Below, piece by piece: positions 22,989-34,200 of a stretch of DNA of 38,629 nt. Location: NCBI GenBank assembly GCA_944377765.1, contig CALWFX010000031.1, positions 1-38,629 of the forward strand, written 5' to 3'. The translations under genes were made by a program, and so were the position numbers. Positions within the stretch are counted from its first letter, which is position 1; each line of letters starts with the position of its first letter. Origin of the DNA: an uncultured Clostridia bacterium. GTDB taxonomy: Bacteria > Bacillota > Clostridia > Christensenellales > UBA1242. Under the pieces are notes generated by a model. That model did no database searches. It was given only the letters and a program-made list of their open reading frames with translations, and was not told where the DNA came from.

Positions 22989-24362
22989 ATGGCTGATTAC
23001 AAAATTTTACCTAATAGTATTGAATCTGAACAGGCTGTGCTTGGTTGTATATTGATTGACCAAGAAGCACAAACTGACATTTTGTCGTCTTTAAACAAGG
23101 ATGATTTTTATTCTGAATCTCACAGAAATATTTTTCAAGCAATGCAAACAATTTTTTCAAAAAGCATTCCAGTTGACTTTGTAACACTTACAAATGAACT
23201 TGAAATTGAGAAAAAACTTGAAACTGTGGGCGGAATTGACTACATAACATTTTTGACAAATGTTGTTCCATCAGCAGCGAATTTTAAACATTATTGTGAT
23301 ATTGTTTTATCGAATTCTGTTAGAAGAAATCTAATTAAAAGCGGTCAATCAATTATTGAAAATGCTTTTAATAATGGTGATGATAAAAGTGCCATGCAAT
23401 TTGCTGAAAAAACTATCTTTGATTTGTCTCAAAAACAACAAGATAGCGACCTTGAACTTGTGGGAAAACCGGGTGGCGTTTTAACAGAAGTTTTGAAAGA
23501 ACTAAGTGAAATTGCTGAAAATCAAGGAAAGATGCGTGGTATTCCAACAGGTTATAAAGACTTTGATGCAATCACAAATGGTCTTCAAAAAAGCGATTTG
23601 ATTTTGCTTGCGGCTCGTCCGGGTGTTGGAAAAACTTCCTTTGCCATGAACATTGCAACCAATGTGGCAATTGAACAAAATAAACGAGTGGCAATTTTTG
23701 ACCTTGAAATGAGCAAAGCCCAACTTATGCAAAGAGCACTTGCAAGTGTTGCAAAAGTTAATTTGACTCATGTTCTTCGTGGCACAATGGATCAAGACGA
23801 GTGGAAAAGGCTTTGGACAGCAGAGAAAAAACTTGCTGAAAGTTTAATCTATCTTGATGATTCTTCCATGACCACTCCACTTGATATTATTTCCAAATGT
23901 AGAAAACTTAAAATGACAGAAGGACTTGACCTTATTGTTATTGACTATCTTCAACTTATGAAAGCGAGCAACAAAGGGGAAAGTTCTGGTGGGAACAGAA
24001 CACAGGAAGTTAGTGACATAACAAGAATGCTTAAAGTTGCAGCGAAAGACCTTAATGTTCCAATTATTCTTTTGTCACAATTGTCGCGTATGGTTGAGCA
24101 AAGAGAAGACCATAGGCCAATTCTTTCAGACCTAAGAGAATCAGGTTCAATTGAACAAGATGCTGACATTGTGCTTTTTCTTTATAATCCAGAAAATTAT
24201 AATGATGTTATTTCCAATGAAGAACCGGGAACTGTGCATTTAATTATCGCAAAGCATAGAAGTGGTTCAACTGGAGAAGTTAAACTTAAATGGGTAAAAG
24301 AAATTACAACCTACATGAATATGCCAACAAATCATCAAGAACAAAGAGAAGGAGAAGAATAA
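22989..24362 (+). CDS. dnaB: replicative DNA helicase (DnaB family; DnaC in Bacillus nomenclature)
   Basis: 457 aa. The N-terminus LPNSIESEQAVLGCILID is typical of DnaB. It has Walker A ARPGVGKTSFAMN, Walker B LIVIDYLQLM, SQLSR and a RESGSIEQDAD motif. SD is AAGGAG. Confidence 0.95.
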   Translation: MADYKILPNSIESEQAVLGCILIDQEAQTDILSSLNKDDFYSESHRNIFQAMQTIFSKSIPVDFVTLTNELEIEKKLETVGGIDYITFLTNVVPSAANFKHYCDIVLSNSVRRNLIKSGQSIIENAFNNGDDKSAMQFAEKTIFDLSQKQQDSDLELVGKPGGVLTEVLKELSEIAENQGKMRGIPTGYKDFDAITNGLQKSDLILLAARPGVGKTSFAMNIATNVAIEQNKRVAIFDLEMSKAQLMQRALASVAKVNLTHVLRGTMDQDEWKRLWTAEKKLAESLIYLDDSSMTTPLDIISKCRKLKMTEGLDLIVIDYLQLMKASNKGESSGGNRTQEVSDITRMLKVAAKDLNVPIILLSQLSRMVEQREDHRPILSDLRESGSIEQDADIVLFLYNPENYNDVISNEEPGTVHLIIAKHRSGSTGEVKLKWVKEITTYMNMPTNHQEQREGEE

Positions 24363-25162
24363 TGAAAAAAGGAATTATTATAACATCAATTTTCATTGTG
24401 ATTGCAGTTGTTTTAACAATTGTGTTTATCAATCTTTTCAGAGAAAAAGACACAAGAGATTTATCAAATCAGGTGGTAAATGCAGTGCAAGGTGGATACT
24501 TGGATGACGAAAAGGAAGATGGCGAATTTCAAAAAATAGATGAATATTTCGCAGTGGTTTCAGCAAGTGCAAATGAATATGAAGTTGAAATAAGAAATGT
24601 TCAAAGGTTATATCATTCATATGTCATCATGGCAGATTTTTATAACAACGAAATGGTATTTACTGAATTTAATGATGTTTATAAAGAAAACAAGAAAAAT
24701 GCTATCAATGGCTTGAACGAAGCAAAACAAAAAGCAGAAGAAATGGTAGAATATATTGATAGCAATGCAGAAAAAATATCTGGAAGCACTTATTGGCAAG
24801 CAAGAACATGGGTTGATGTGAGAGATATGGCATTCACTTTTGTTGATGCAAACAATAAGTTGTTCGATGCTTTGCAAAATATATATCAAGGTTGTGTTAC
24901 TTCAAAACTTGCGAATAACGATTTTTCAACATTGGTTTTAAAAACAATTAACAGTGAAGCAAAAAATGTTAGAGAAAATATAAGTGAAGAAATGTTGTCT
25001 ATTGATTGTGTTGTTAACATGACAACCACATACCTACAAAATGGTTACACAAAAATTATGAATTATTTATATGATGCCAGTCTTCAAACAGCAGTTGCTG
25101 ATATCAACAAAAATGGCGAAGAAAGTTCTTATTATCAAAATCTTCTTAATGGAACTTTATAA
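24362..25162 (+). CDS. hypothetical membrane-anchored extracytoplasmic protein (N-terminal TM), distant paralog of the next gene
   Basis: I prefer ATG 24362 (TAATG overlap with the dnaB stop, GAAGGAG 8 nt upstream) to the track's 24290, which overlaps dnaB. The protein starts MKKGIIITSIFIVIAVVLTIVFINLF and continues with about 240 aa that look helical. Confidence 0.7.
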   Translation: MKKGIIITSIFIVIAVVLTIVFINLFREKDTRDLSNQVVNAVQGGYLDDEKEDGEFQKIDEYFAVVSASANEYEVEIRNVQRLYHSYVIMADFYNNEMVFTEFNDVYKENKKNAINGLNEAKQKAEEMVEYIDSNAEKISGSTYWQARTWVDVRDMAFTFVDANNKLFDALQNIYQGCVTSKLANNDFSTLVLKTINSEAKNVRENISEEMLSIDCVVNMTTTYLQNGYTKIMNYLYDASLQTAVADINKNGEESSYYQNLLNGTL

Positions 25163-25176
25163 TTAAAGGAGTGAAT

Positions 25177-26235
25177 ATGAAAAAGACGAAAATTTTATCT
25201 TTGGCACTTATCTTTGTTTGCCTTGCGTGTGTGGTAACTTTTGCTGGCTGTGGCGGACTGTCGGTTAAAACAATTCAAGACAGTATGCAAAGTATGAATG
25301 ATAAATTGGCAGAATATAGCACAATTCTTGTGAAAGATGATGACTTGCACAACACTATCAACTATTATCAAATAAGTTATGGCGAAGATGTTGATGGGCT
25401 TGTCAGCAAGGGCGAAGAAAATTATAAAGACTTGAAAATATACAACTCAATTTTCTCAATTGCAATGAGTTATATTGAAGAAAATCATGTTGTTATAACA
25501 AATTTAACAGATGAAGAAACAAATGATGCAACAAAGGCAAAACTAAATGGTTTAAATGAAAGTATAACAAGTTTTACTTCTGAAATTGGTAATTTTGTTG
25601 AAAAAAGAAATAGTTTAGAAAAATTCTTTGCAGATTATAGCGACACTGTTGGTGAAGCAGATAAACTTGTTAAACTTAGAGAATTTAAAAGAGAGTATGC
25701 AAATTTTGTTAATAAAAGCGTGCTTGTTTCCACAAATTTATCTGATGCAGTGGTTGCAACAGGAGTGCTTGATGATTTAGATAATGTTCTTTTGATAAAA
25801 AATTATGTTTGCAACAAAATTTTAAAAGTATTCAATGAATTCTTTATCAACGAAATGGGAGATTTCAACTGGTCAGAGTCAGATAATAGTGCAACAAAAG
25901 AAGAAATTAACACAATAATTCAAAATCTTGAAACTCAGTTTGGTGTTTTCCAGCAAATTGTCAATTTAAAAGCAGAAAATCTTAAAGAATTAACTGTGGA
26001 AGACTTGAATGCTATTAAGCAAGAAGCAAATAATTTTATGACAGAAGCAGACAATTTCTTTGAAGCATTAAAAGGGCTAGATATAAGCAATTTAGCAACA
26101 AATTATTTAAATGATATTGATGAGTATGTTAAAGATAATTTATACGCAAAAGTTTATCTTGATAAGGTTAGCCAATTTGTGGAAGAAACTTTGCCATCAT
26201 ATTTAATTCAGTTTAATTTAAGTGTAAGTAAATAA
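25177..26235 (+). CDS. hypothetical lipoprotein, distant paralog of the preceding gene
   Basis: I prefer ATG 25177 (AGGAG 5 nt upstream), because the track's GTG 25171 lies inside the SD. MKKTKILSLALIFVCLACVVTFAGCGG carries the lipobox F-A-G-C. The mature part is rich in Asn, Glu and Lys and looks helical. Confidence 0.75.
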   Translation: MKKTKILSLALIFVCLACVVTFAGCGGLSVKTIQDSMQSMNDKLAEYSTILVKDDDLHNTINYYQISYGEDVDGLVSKGEENYKDLKIYNSIFSIAMSYIEENHVVITNLTDEETNDATKAKLNGLNESITSFTSEIGNFVEKRNSLEKFFADYSDTVGEADKLVKLREFKREYANFVNKSVLVSTNLSDAVVATGVLDDLDNVLLIKNYVCNKILKVFNEFFINEMGDFNWSESDNSATKEEINTIIQNLETQFGVFQQIVNLKAENLKELTVEDLNAIKQEANNFMTEADNFFEALKGLDISNLATNYLNDIDEYVKDNLYAKVYLDKVSQFVEETLPSYLIQFNLSVSK

Positions 26236-26245
26236 GGAGAAAAAA

Positions 26246-27877
26246 ATGGATAATCAAAAATTAGCAGAACTTCTTTTCCCAAACAATAAATGGACAGTGG
26301 AAGAAATTGAAGCAAAATATCCAAAAAGAAATTTGAAAGAAGGGGCAGAAGTTACTCGTTTTGCACCAAGTCCAACAGGATATATGCATATCGGTGGCTT
26401 TTTCCAAGCAATAATTGATAAAAACATTGCAAAACGCTCGAATGGTGTTTTCATGCTTAGAATTGAAGATACCGATAAAAAAAGAGAAGTCATTGGAGCA
26501 AGCACAATAATTCTTGAAATTTTAAAAAAATATGACTGTATGCCAGACGAATTTGAAGAAAAAGGTGTTCAAGTGGTTGGAAATTATGGTCCATATTTCC
26601 AAAGCGAAAGAGAAGAGTATTATAAGGCTTATGCAAAAAAACTTGTGAGCGAAGGCAAGGCTTTTCCATGTTTTTGCAGAAAAACAGAAGGACTTAACGA
26701 TGTTAAAGAAAAGCGTGAAAAGATGTTTGCACTTGGCATAACTGAAGATAAAGACCCTTGCAGAAATTTAACAATTGAACAAGTTGAAGAATATTTACAA
26801 GAAAAGAAACCTTTTGCAATAAAGTTAAAAGCCAAAGGAAATGGGCAGAATAAAATTAAAGTGCAAGATGTTTTAAAGGGCGAACTTGAAATTCAAGAAA
26901 ATGGCGAAGATGCTGTTCTTTTAAAAAGTGATTTCATGCCAACTTATGCTTTTGCCCATGCAGTTGATGACCATCTTATGGGCACAACTACTGTTGTTCG
27001 TGGAGAAGAATGGTTGCCATCATATCCACTTCACATTGAAATTCACAAAGCCCTTGGGTTTAAATTGCCAAAATATATTCACACACCACTTATATACAAA
27101 ATTCGTGAAAATGGTGGAAGAACAAAAATATCAAAGCGCATTGATGTTGAAGCGGACATGAGATATTTCTCAAAGGAAGGCTATGAACCACAAGCACTTG
27201 AAGAATATTTAATCAATCTTGCAAACTCTAACTTTGAAATTTGGAGAAAAGAAAACCCTTCTGCTCCACTTGATGACTTTCCATTTGATGGCTTTAACAT
27301 AACTGCAAACACTCCTGTTTTTGATATTGTTAAACTTAATGACATTTCCAAAGAAATGATTGCAAAATATGATGCAGAAACTTGTTATCAAAAACTTCTT
27401 GCCTGGGCGGAAGAGAATTCTTCTGAAAATGTTGATTATCTTAAAAAAGACAAAGATTATGTTATGAAAGTTCTTAACATCGACAGAGAAAAAGAAAAGC
27501 CAAGAAAGGATATATATAAATGGAGCATGGTTTTTGATTATTTTGATTATATGTTCAGCGCTCCAAAAACTTATGAAGTTGATGAAAGTGAAAGAAAGAA
27601 ATTTGAAGAAGTTTTAAGAAATTACAAAAACTATATCGACCTTTCAAACAAAGATATATGGTTTGGTAAAGTTAAAGAGATGGCAGAAAAACTTGGCTAT
27701 GCTGTTGACAATAAGGAATATAAAAAATATCCTGAAAAATTTAAAGGCAATGTAGCAAAAGTTTGTGAGTTTATAAGAGTGGCAATCACAGGCGAAAAGA
27801 ACTCTCCAGACCTTTATGAAATCATGTCAGTTTTAGGTCAAGAAAAAGTTTTGGAAAGAATTTCTTTAATTGTTTAA
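26246..27877 (+). CDS. gltX: glutamate--tRNA ligase (class I aaRS)
   Basis: 543 aa. It has RFAPSPTGYMHIGG (HIGH motif), LRIEDTD, KISKR (KMSKS motif) and a CxC-x27-C putative zinc-binding insertion (PCFCRK...DPCRNL). SD is AAGGAG. Confidence 0.9.
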   Translation: MDNQKLAELLFPNNKWTVEEIEAKYPKRNLKEGAEVTRFAPSPTGYMHIGGFFQAIIDKNIAKRSNGVFMLRIEDTDKKREVIGASTIILEILKKYDCMPDEFEEKGVQVVGNYGPYFQSEREEYYKAYAKKLVSEGKAFPCFCRKTEGLNDVKEKREKMFALGITEDKDPCRNLTIEQVEEYLQEKKPFAIKLKAKGNGQNKIKVQDVLKGELEIQENGEDAVLLKSDFMPTYAFAHAVDDHLMGTTTVVRGEEWLPSYPLHIEIHKALGFKLPKYIHTPLIYKIRENGGRTKISKRIDVEADMRYFSKEGYEPQALEEYLINLANSNFEIWRKENPSAPLDDFPFDGFNITANTPVFDIVKLNDISKEMIAKYDAETCYQKLLAWAEENSSENVDYLKKDKDYVMKVLNIDREKEKPRKDIYKWSMVFDYFDYMFSAPKTYEVDESERKKFEEVLRNYKNYIDLSNKDIWFGKVKEMAEKLGYAVDNKEYKKYPEKFKGNVAKVCEFIRVAITGEKNSPDLYEIMSVLGQEKVLERISLIV

Positions 27878-27886
27878 AAAATTATT

Positions 27887-27930
27887 AAAAATAAAAAATA
27901 GCAAAAAAACATGCTATTTTTTATTTTTTT
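27887..27930 (+). terminator. rho-independent terminator of the dnaB-gltX operon
   Basis: The stem is centred on aaaaatagca (27894-27903) / tgctattttt (27912-27921) and is extendable by A:T pairs. The loop is 8 nt, and a T-rich tail follows. Confidence 0.6.
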
Positions 27931-27957
27931 CTTAATTTTTCATGTATTTTTATATAT

Positions 27958-27988
<31 letters not shown>

Positions 27989-28133
27989 ATTGTAAAAAAT
28001 TCCTTATTTACGAACTATAAATATTTTTAATTATTTTTAAATTTAACAGCAATTTCTTTTATTTTTAAAAATTATTGAAATAAATTCTATTAAATTATTA
28101 AATAATATATATAATACTTTTTCTTTAATTTGT

Positions 28134-28163
28134 TTGCATTTTCATTTTGTTATTTTGTATAAT
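28134..28163 (+). promoter_or_regulatory. candidate sigma-A promoter of giant gene 2
   Basis: TTGCAT at 28134-28139, an 18-nt spacer, then TATAAT at 28158-28163, 41 nt upstream of GTG 28205. The region is so AT-rich that other hexamer pairs are possible. Confidence 0.4.
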
Positions 28164-28204
28164 ATTAATAACTAGAAAGTTTAGGAAAAGTATTGGAGTT
28201 GAAT

Positions 28205-31200
28205 GTGAAAATAAGAAGTTGGTTGTGTTCATTCTTATTAGTGATTTGTGGCATTATGGGTGCCTATACTTTAACTTTGCAAAATTTTGACAATGTAACA
28301 AACGCTGTAAGTGATGACGCAAGTGTTTGGGATGGAAAATATGCTGATGAAGTTGATGATTTTGACTTTGAAGGCGTGGATACGAATAATGACAACACTG
28401 ATGATACTTATTATATTTACACTGCAAAAGGCTTTTCATATTTTGCAAACAGAGTGAAAAGTGATAGTTTTGCAAATAAGGTTATCTATCTTGAAACTGA
28501 TGTCGACTTAGCAGGAAATGAATGGAAACCAATAGGCTCACATAGTGTTGCAAATGAATATTCGCCTTTTTCTGGACAATTTATGGGACAAGGACATACG
28601 ATTTATAATCTTACAATCAAAACAGCGACTAATGATACATATGTGGGTTTATTTGCTGGATTGAGTGGTGCAAAAATTAATGCTCTTAACATTGTTAATG
28701 TGAATATTGATTATGCAAAAGAAAACTCATATGTCGGCGGACTTGCTGGACAAGTTGCTGGTGGGACATCTTTACTATCTGTCAAGGTTACTGGTAATAT
28801 TAAAGCAGTCAATGCAATTTCTGTTGGTGGTATCGCTGGAAATATTCAAGGTTCAACCAACAACAGTCAAATTACTGAGTTAGAAAGTGCCTATATGCCA
28901 ATTGATACATCAAATTTTGGTGAAGTAGCTTATCTTTGTCCATATTTTTCAAAAGTGATTAACAGAGCAAATGTTACTGGTGGCACATATATTGGTGGGC
29001 TTTCTGGTTCAACAAACAATTTGGCAATAATTTCCGAAAGTGCAAACTATGGCACAATACAAAGTGAAAGCACAGCACAAAAACATGTCGGTGGTTTGGT
29101 TGGAAGTCAAAATAACAGCACAAAAAGTTGTTATATTGTAATTGAAAACTCATATAATATGGGAAATATTAAAATTCCAAATTCAGGTCAAAATGCCCTT
29201 ACATATGCGGGCGGTATTATTGGCTATACTTCAACTTCATCTAACCAAAATTATTTTGAACTTAGAAATGTATATAACGCAGGAGATTTTGTTCTTACAG
29301 GTTCAAATTTAACAAATATTAATGCTTCTGGACTTGTTGGCTTTTCTGCAAATCCAACCTATTTTTATAGTCAACAAAATGGTGGGGCATTTTCAACTCA
29401 TAAATACTATATCTATGGTGCTTTTAATATTGGAAATGTTGTAGATGAAAAAGGTGATGCAATTTCTAATAGCGGAGTAACATTTAGAGAAATTATTAAC
29501 TTTTCAACAAATAACACTTCGAGCGTTGAAATTGAAAAGGATACTGTGTTTTATAACGCAGACACAACATCTGGTTCTGCAAGCGATGTGGAGCACGCCA
29601 CCAAAACACACCATTTGGATGGAAAGGTAACAAATATAGACTTTTTAAATAACTCTCTTAAATTTAATGCAAAAAGAGATGAGAATGGTTTATTAACCGA
29701 TGAAAGTGCAACAATATGGTCAATTAACAGAAACTTTAATGAAAGTTTGCCATATTTGTCCTTCATGGATGAATCTGACTTTGAAGATACTGATGGTGAC
29801 AGATATTTTGCTCCTTGGGAAGGAGAAGGAACCATTGATTCTCCATTTTTAATTTATACAGCAGAAGACTTGGCATATGTTGCAGATGCGTATAATTGGC
29901 AATCAAAAGCAAACACCGAAGGATTAACAGATGATGAAGAAATCCTTCAAGAATTGAACGAAAAATTAACTAAAGGTCAAGTTTATTATTTTTCTCTTCA
30001 GAATAATATCAATTTAGCAAGCAAAGCATGGGAGCCTATTGGTATTAGCGGACAATTTATCAATGCGGTTTTTGATGGAAACAATCACTATATTACAGGT
30101 ATAAACTGTTCGTTACAAGTGGAATATGGCGAAGCAGTTGGTCTTTTTGGAACAATCAACAATTCCATTATCAGAAATTTAAAAATTAAAGATTTTAGAT
30201 ATATTGGCACTTCAGAATCTGCCGCTGCAAAAGCAACACTTGTGGGCAGAATGATAAATTCATATATTATCAACTGCTCGGATGAGACAGGCAGAAGTGA
30301 AAATACAATTGGACAAATTGGTATTGAAAATGGAACTGATGAGAATAAAAATTCAACATCTTACATAATTTATGGGAAAAATAATAATGGTGCAGAAAAG
30401 ACAAATATAAAATGTCCAACTGAAACTAAACAAGGTGGTTTAGTTGAAGGCTATCTTGTTGGTATAAATTTAAATGATGGAACATTGTATGACAAATTGG
30501 GCTTTGAAACAGATGCTAATGGAAGAAAGGTTAGGAAATATAGTGTGCATAAAGGTCCAGCAGAGTTTATTATCACAATGGAGTCGGGTGAGAGTGGTTC
30601 TGCTTTCACACTTAAAGATATGTCGAGTTTAGACTCAACATACTTAACAAGCCTTCCAACTGACACAAAAATTCCTGACACGACCACATCTAATGATACA
30701 TCTGACAACACAAGTTATACAGATGCAGAAATCAACGCACTTGTTAAAGAAGGTTTTAAAGTTATTGGCTACTCCTTAGAAAATAAAGAAAGTTCTAAGT
30801 TTGATGAAAAAAATGATTTTAATGTGGGTAGCTCAACTTTGTCAGATATAGCTAGTAGTGACAAAGATACTATAAACAAATTAGTTGAAAATGGTATTTA
30901 TGCCATTTTTGAGAAGGTTAATGATATTGCATACACAATTTACACAAATAGTTATGAAACAGCAGTCCACGCAAATGATGATAGTAATTATAATGGAATT
31001 AATGATGAAGTTACTGAAAATATTAATAATTTAGGTCAATATTTTACCATTTCAGTGCCATATAACACTTTTTGGAGTATTGCTGAATTTCAAACATTGT
31101 TAAATCAAGAACTTGCCACACAAACCAGACAAGGCTATAAAATCGCTGGCGTTTGGGAAAATTTTACAGATACAGAAGGGGTATATGAGTTTTCAGGCAA

Positions 31201-34200
31201 TAATTTATATGAAGGAACAGGTTCAGCGGATGGCTTTTTCTTAAATAAAGAAGAGGACTACTTTATTGAATGGGAAGGAAATGAAAATTATAGCATTCAA
31301 TTAGAAGTTAAGGATGCAAGCAATCCAGAAACAGACAACCCTTATTCAGATAGATTTGACTTTGAAGATGCAATTTTAAGTGTAGAATTTTCTTATAAAA
31401 GCGGAAGTACTGTAAGTGAAAGTAAATCTTTGAATTGTAAAAACTTAATAGATGGAAATCTATTTATTGACAATTATGAAATGACAAGCGTAGACAATAA
31501 GTTGCAATTAAAAGAAAATTCTTCTAGTGGTGCGTTTCCAGATGAAAAAATAGTAATAACTATTACACTTAAAGATGGTTTTCAGTTTAACTATGATGCC
31601 AAAACATATTTTGAAAATAGTGGAATATTAAATTTATCTGACACACAAAATGATGTTGGTAAAAATTATATAAGAAATTATGGTTCGGCAATTGCTAGTG
31701 CGACGCGAACCACTGACGATATTGGGCGTCAAACTTTAACAATCACTCTTGCACAACTTGTTGGCAATGTAAATTTAGATTTACCTATAATGAGAATGTC
31801 TAATAGTTTTCCAATGTATGTTGGAGAAGGTGTTTATTTTGGTCTTGCAGTGCCATCCACAATAGATCAAATTGGAAATTGTCAAATCCTTAATCCTAAA
31901 ACCAATAAATATATTCAAATGATAGATTATAACAGAGATTTTTATGATGTTCTTTTAAACGCAAAAGATTTCAGTTTTGGTATCAATATGTTTGATGATT
32001 ACCTTATCTCAACTGCAAAACAACAAACAGGCAATGTTGAACCTTTTGATGTTTCTGAAATTGATTTAGAGAGTGGATATTATTATCCAAGTGGATCTAA
32101 TGAACCAAGCGGAGAAGGTGTTTGGAAACAACTTATTGTTTATAGTTACACTGACGATGCCTATTATCTTTATGAACTTGCAAAAAGTGTTAATAAAGAC
32201 AATGGGGATGTAATTTATACACAAAACTTATATTTGATTGAACCTTTGGTAGACGAATTAACTTATGATAGCAGTAAATATAAAATTGTTGATAGACTTG
32301 CTAGCATTGAATTTAATCAAAGTATACAAAGTGATAGAGAATTGGGTTCTGCAGGAAGTGCTTTTGGTGATGACAACACAGAAATTGCGGATGGGAGCGC
32401 GGTTGTGGTTAATTATTTTACTAACGCAGAATTCCAACTTGTTTTCTCAACTAACACAACAGAAGCACAAATTAATAACTATCAAGAAGGTAAAGAGGTT
32501 CTTTCTTTCTTATATAGTGAAAATGCGGGTGAATATTTAAATTTATATAAATTAAGTTACAATTTCAGAGATTTAACAGAAGGAGATGATTGTATTCTTA
32601 AAGGGGATGGGAAAGATGAAAATTTAAAATTTTATAATTTTTCTGATATTCAAAATTACCTGTCTTCAAGTGCAAAGAAATTAAAAATCACTCAACAGAA
32701 ATCCACTGCAACTTTCTATATTCGTTTTGTTGATGAAGAAGGTAATGAATTATTAGAAAATAGGCCAACAGTTAAGGCAAGTATAGGTGGGGAAAATGTT
32801 AATAAAGTTGTTGTTGGCGATTCTTTGCAAGTTGATGTTAATAGAATAAGCAAAATTGCCTTTACAATTGAAAACAATAATTATTATCAATGGAAATATA
32901 GGGGTGGCACTTTAAATCTTGACCTTGGAAGAATAGGAAAAACCGAACTAAATAATCAATTATATATTGATTTAAGTGAAGACGTAGGTGCCGCACAAGG
33001 AGTAAAGATACCAGATGGTTTTGCAGAAAATGTAATAAATGGGGCAAGTGGCGTTGGATTTAGTATTTCAGATTTTGGAAAAACTTCAACAGAAAATAAT
33101 TATAATAAATCTTTTGATGTTACATTGGACTTTGATTTGCTCTATGCAGGTGGCGATGGTGTTACTCCGCTTGCATTTAACTATGATTTGACTTTCGTTT
33201 TGAAACAAGTTGACTATAAAATCTCTGTTGAAACAAAATTTAGACAAAATTCAAATGCCTTAGACGAAGATTATTATGACGACCAAGATGCAGCCATAAC
33301 AACAATTTCATTAGATAATGGTGAACAAGGTGGAGAAGTGAATATGACTTCTGATGACTCGTTCACAATAACTTCCAAGGCAAACACCAGTGGTTATTCC
33401 TTTGTTGGTTTTAGAGTTGTAACCAAAAATAGTGAAAATAAAGTTATCAAAAGCACTAAGTTAGATTTGGATGATGCAAATCCGCAAACATTAGAAATGT
33501 CACTTATGGATTTTGTGAATAGTTATCAAAAGGACTATGAAGTTTATTCTGATACTGATGATGAGTATACATACACCATTCAGGCAATTTATCAAAGTGA
33601 ATATGTAAACTTTATGGCAAGTTTTTCAAAGTTTATAATACAAAACTATAATGGCACAGAAGCATTTAGATATAACGACACAATGATTGGCTCATTTGAA
33701 ACCACAAATGGCATTTTAGACAATGGAACTTTCTATTATTATAAGGGGGAAAACGCAAGTTCGTCCACTGACATTTCAAATGGAGAGTTTGTTTACACTT
33801 TGAATTCAAGTTTTAATTCTAAATATTATTTAAAGGGCTTTGCGATTGTTGTTCAGGAGCATTATAGTAGCGAAACTTTTGGAGTGCTAGATAATGGAAA
33901 CACATATAGTTTCAGGTTATTTAATGATGTTGATAGTTCAAGTTTTGAGTTAACAACAAATGAAAATGGTATGCAAACTTTGAAAGTTAAAGGAAGTAGT
34001 GTTGTTAAATATTTCCAAGACTGCATGAGTGACCCTAACTTTATTGCAGATGTAAACTATAAAAATAAAAATTATTATATCATTCCAGTTGTTGAGCAGG
34101 CGACTTTGCTTGTAAAATTAGATTCAGGCTTAAATGGACTTGACACATCTCTCACTGAAAATGCTGGCAAAGGTGTTTATAACACAAATTCAACAAGCGA

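Noticed and set aside
24290-24361. Track start at 24290 for the ORF after dnaB (72-nt overlap with dnaB)
   Set aside because: ATG 24362 has a GAAGGAG SD at the correct distance, forms a TAATG junction with the dnaB stop, and begins a typical MKKG plus TM-helix N-terminus. The upstream extension (MGKRNYNLHEYANKSSRTKRRRRI) is just the dnaB alternate frame.
25171-25176. GTG 25171 as the lipoprotein start
   Set aside because: The GTG is part of the AGGAG SD. ATG 25177 follows at 5-nt spacing.
26236-26245. T-box or riboswitch leader for gltX
   Set aside because: There are only 10 nt, containing the SD, between the lipoprotein stop and the gltX ATG. There is no room for a leader.
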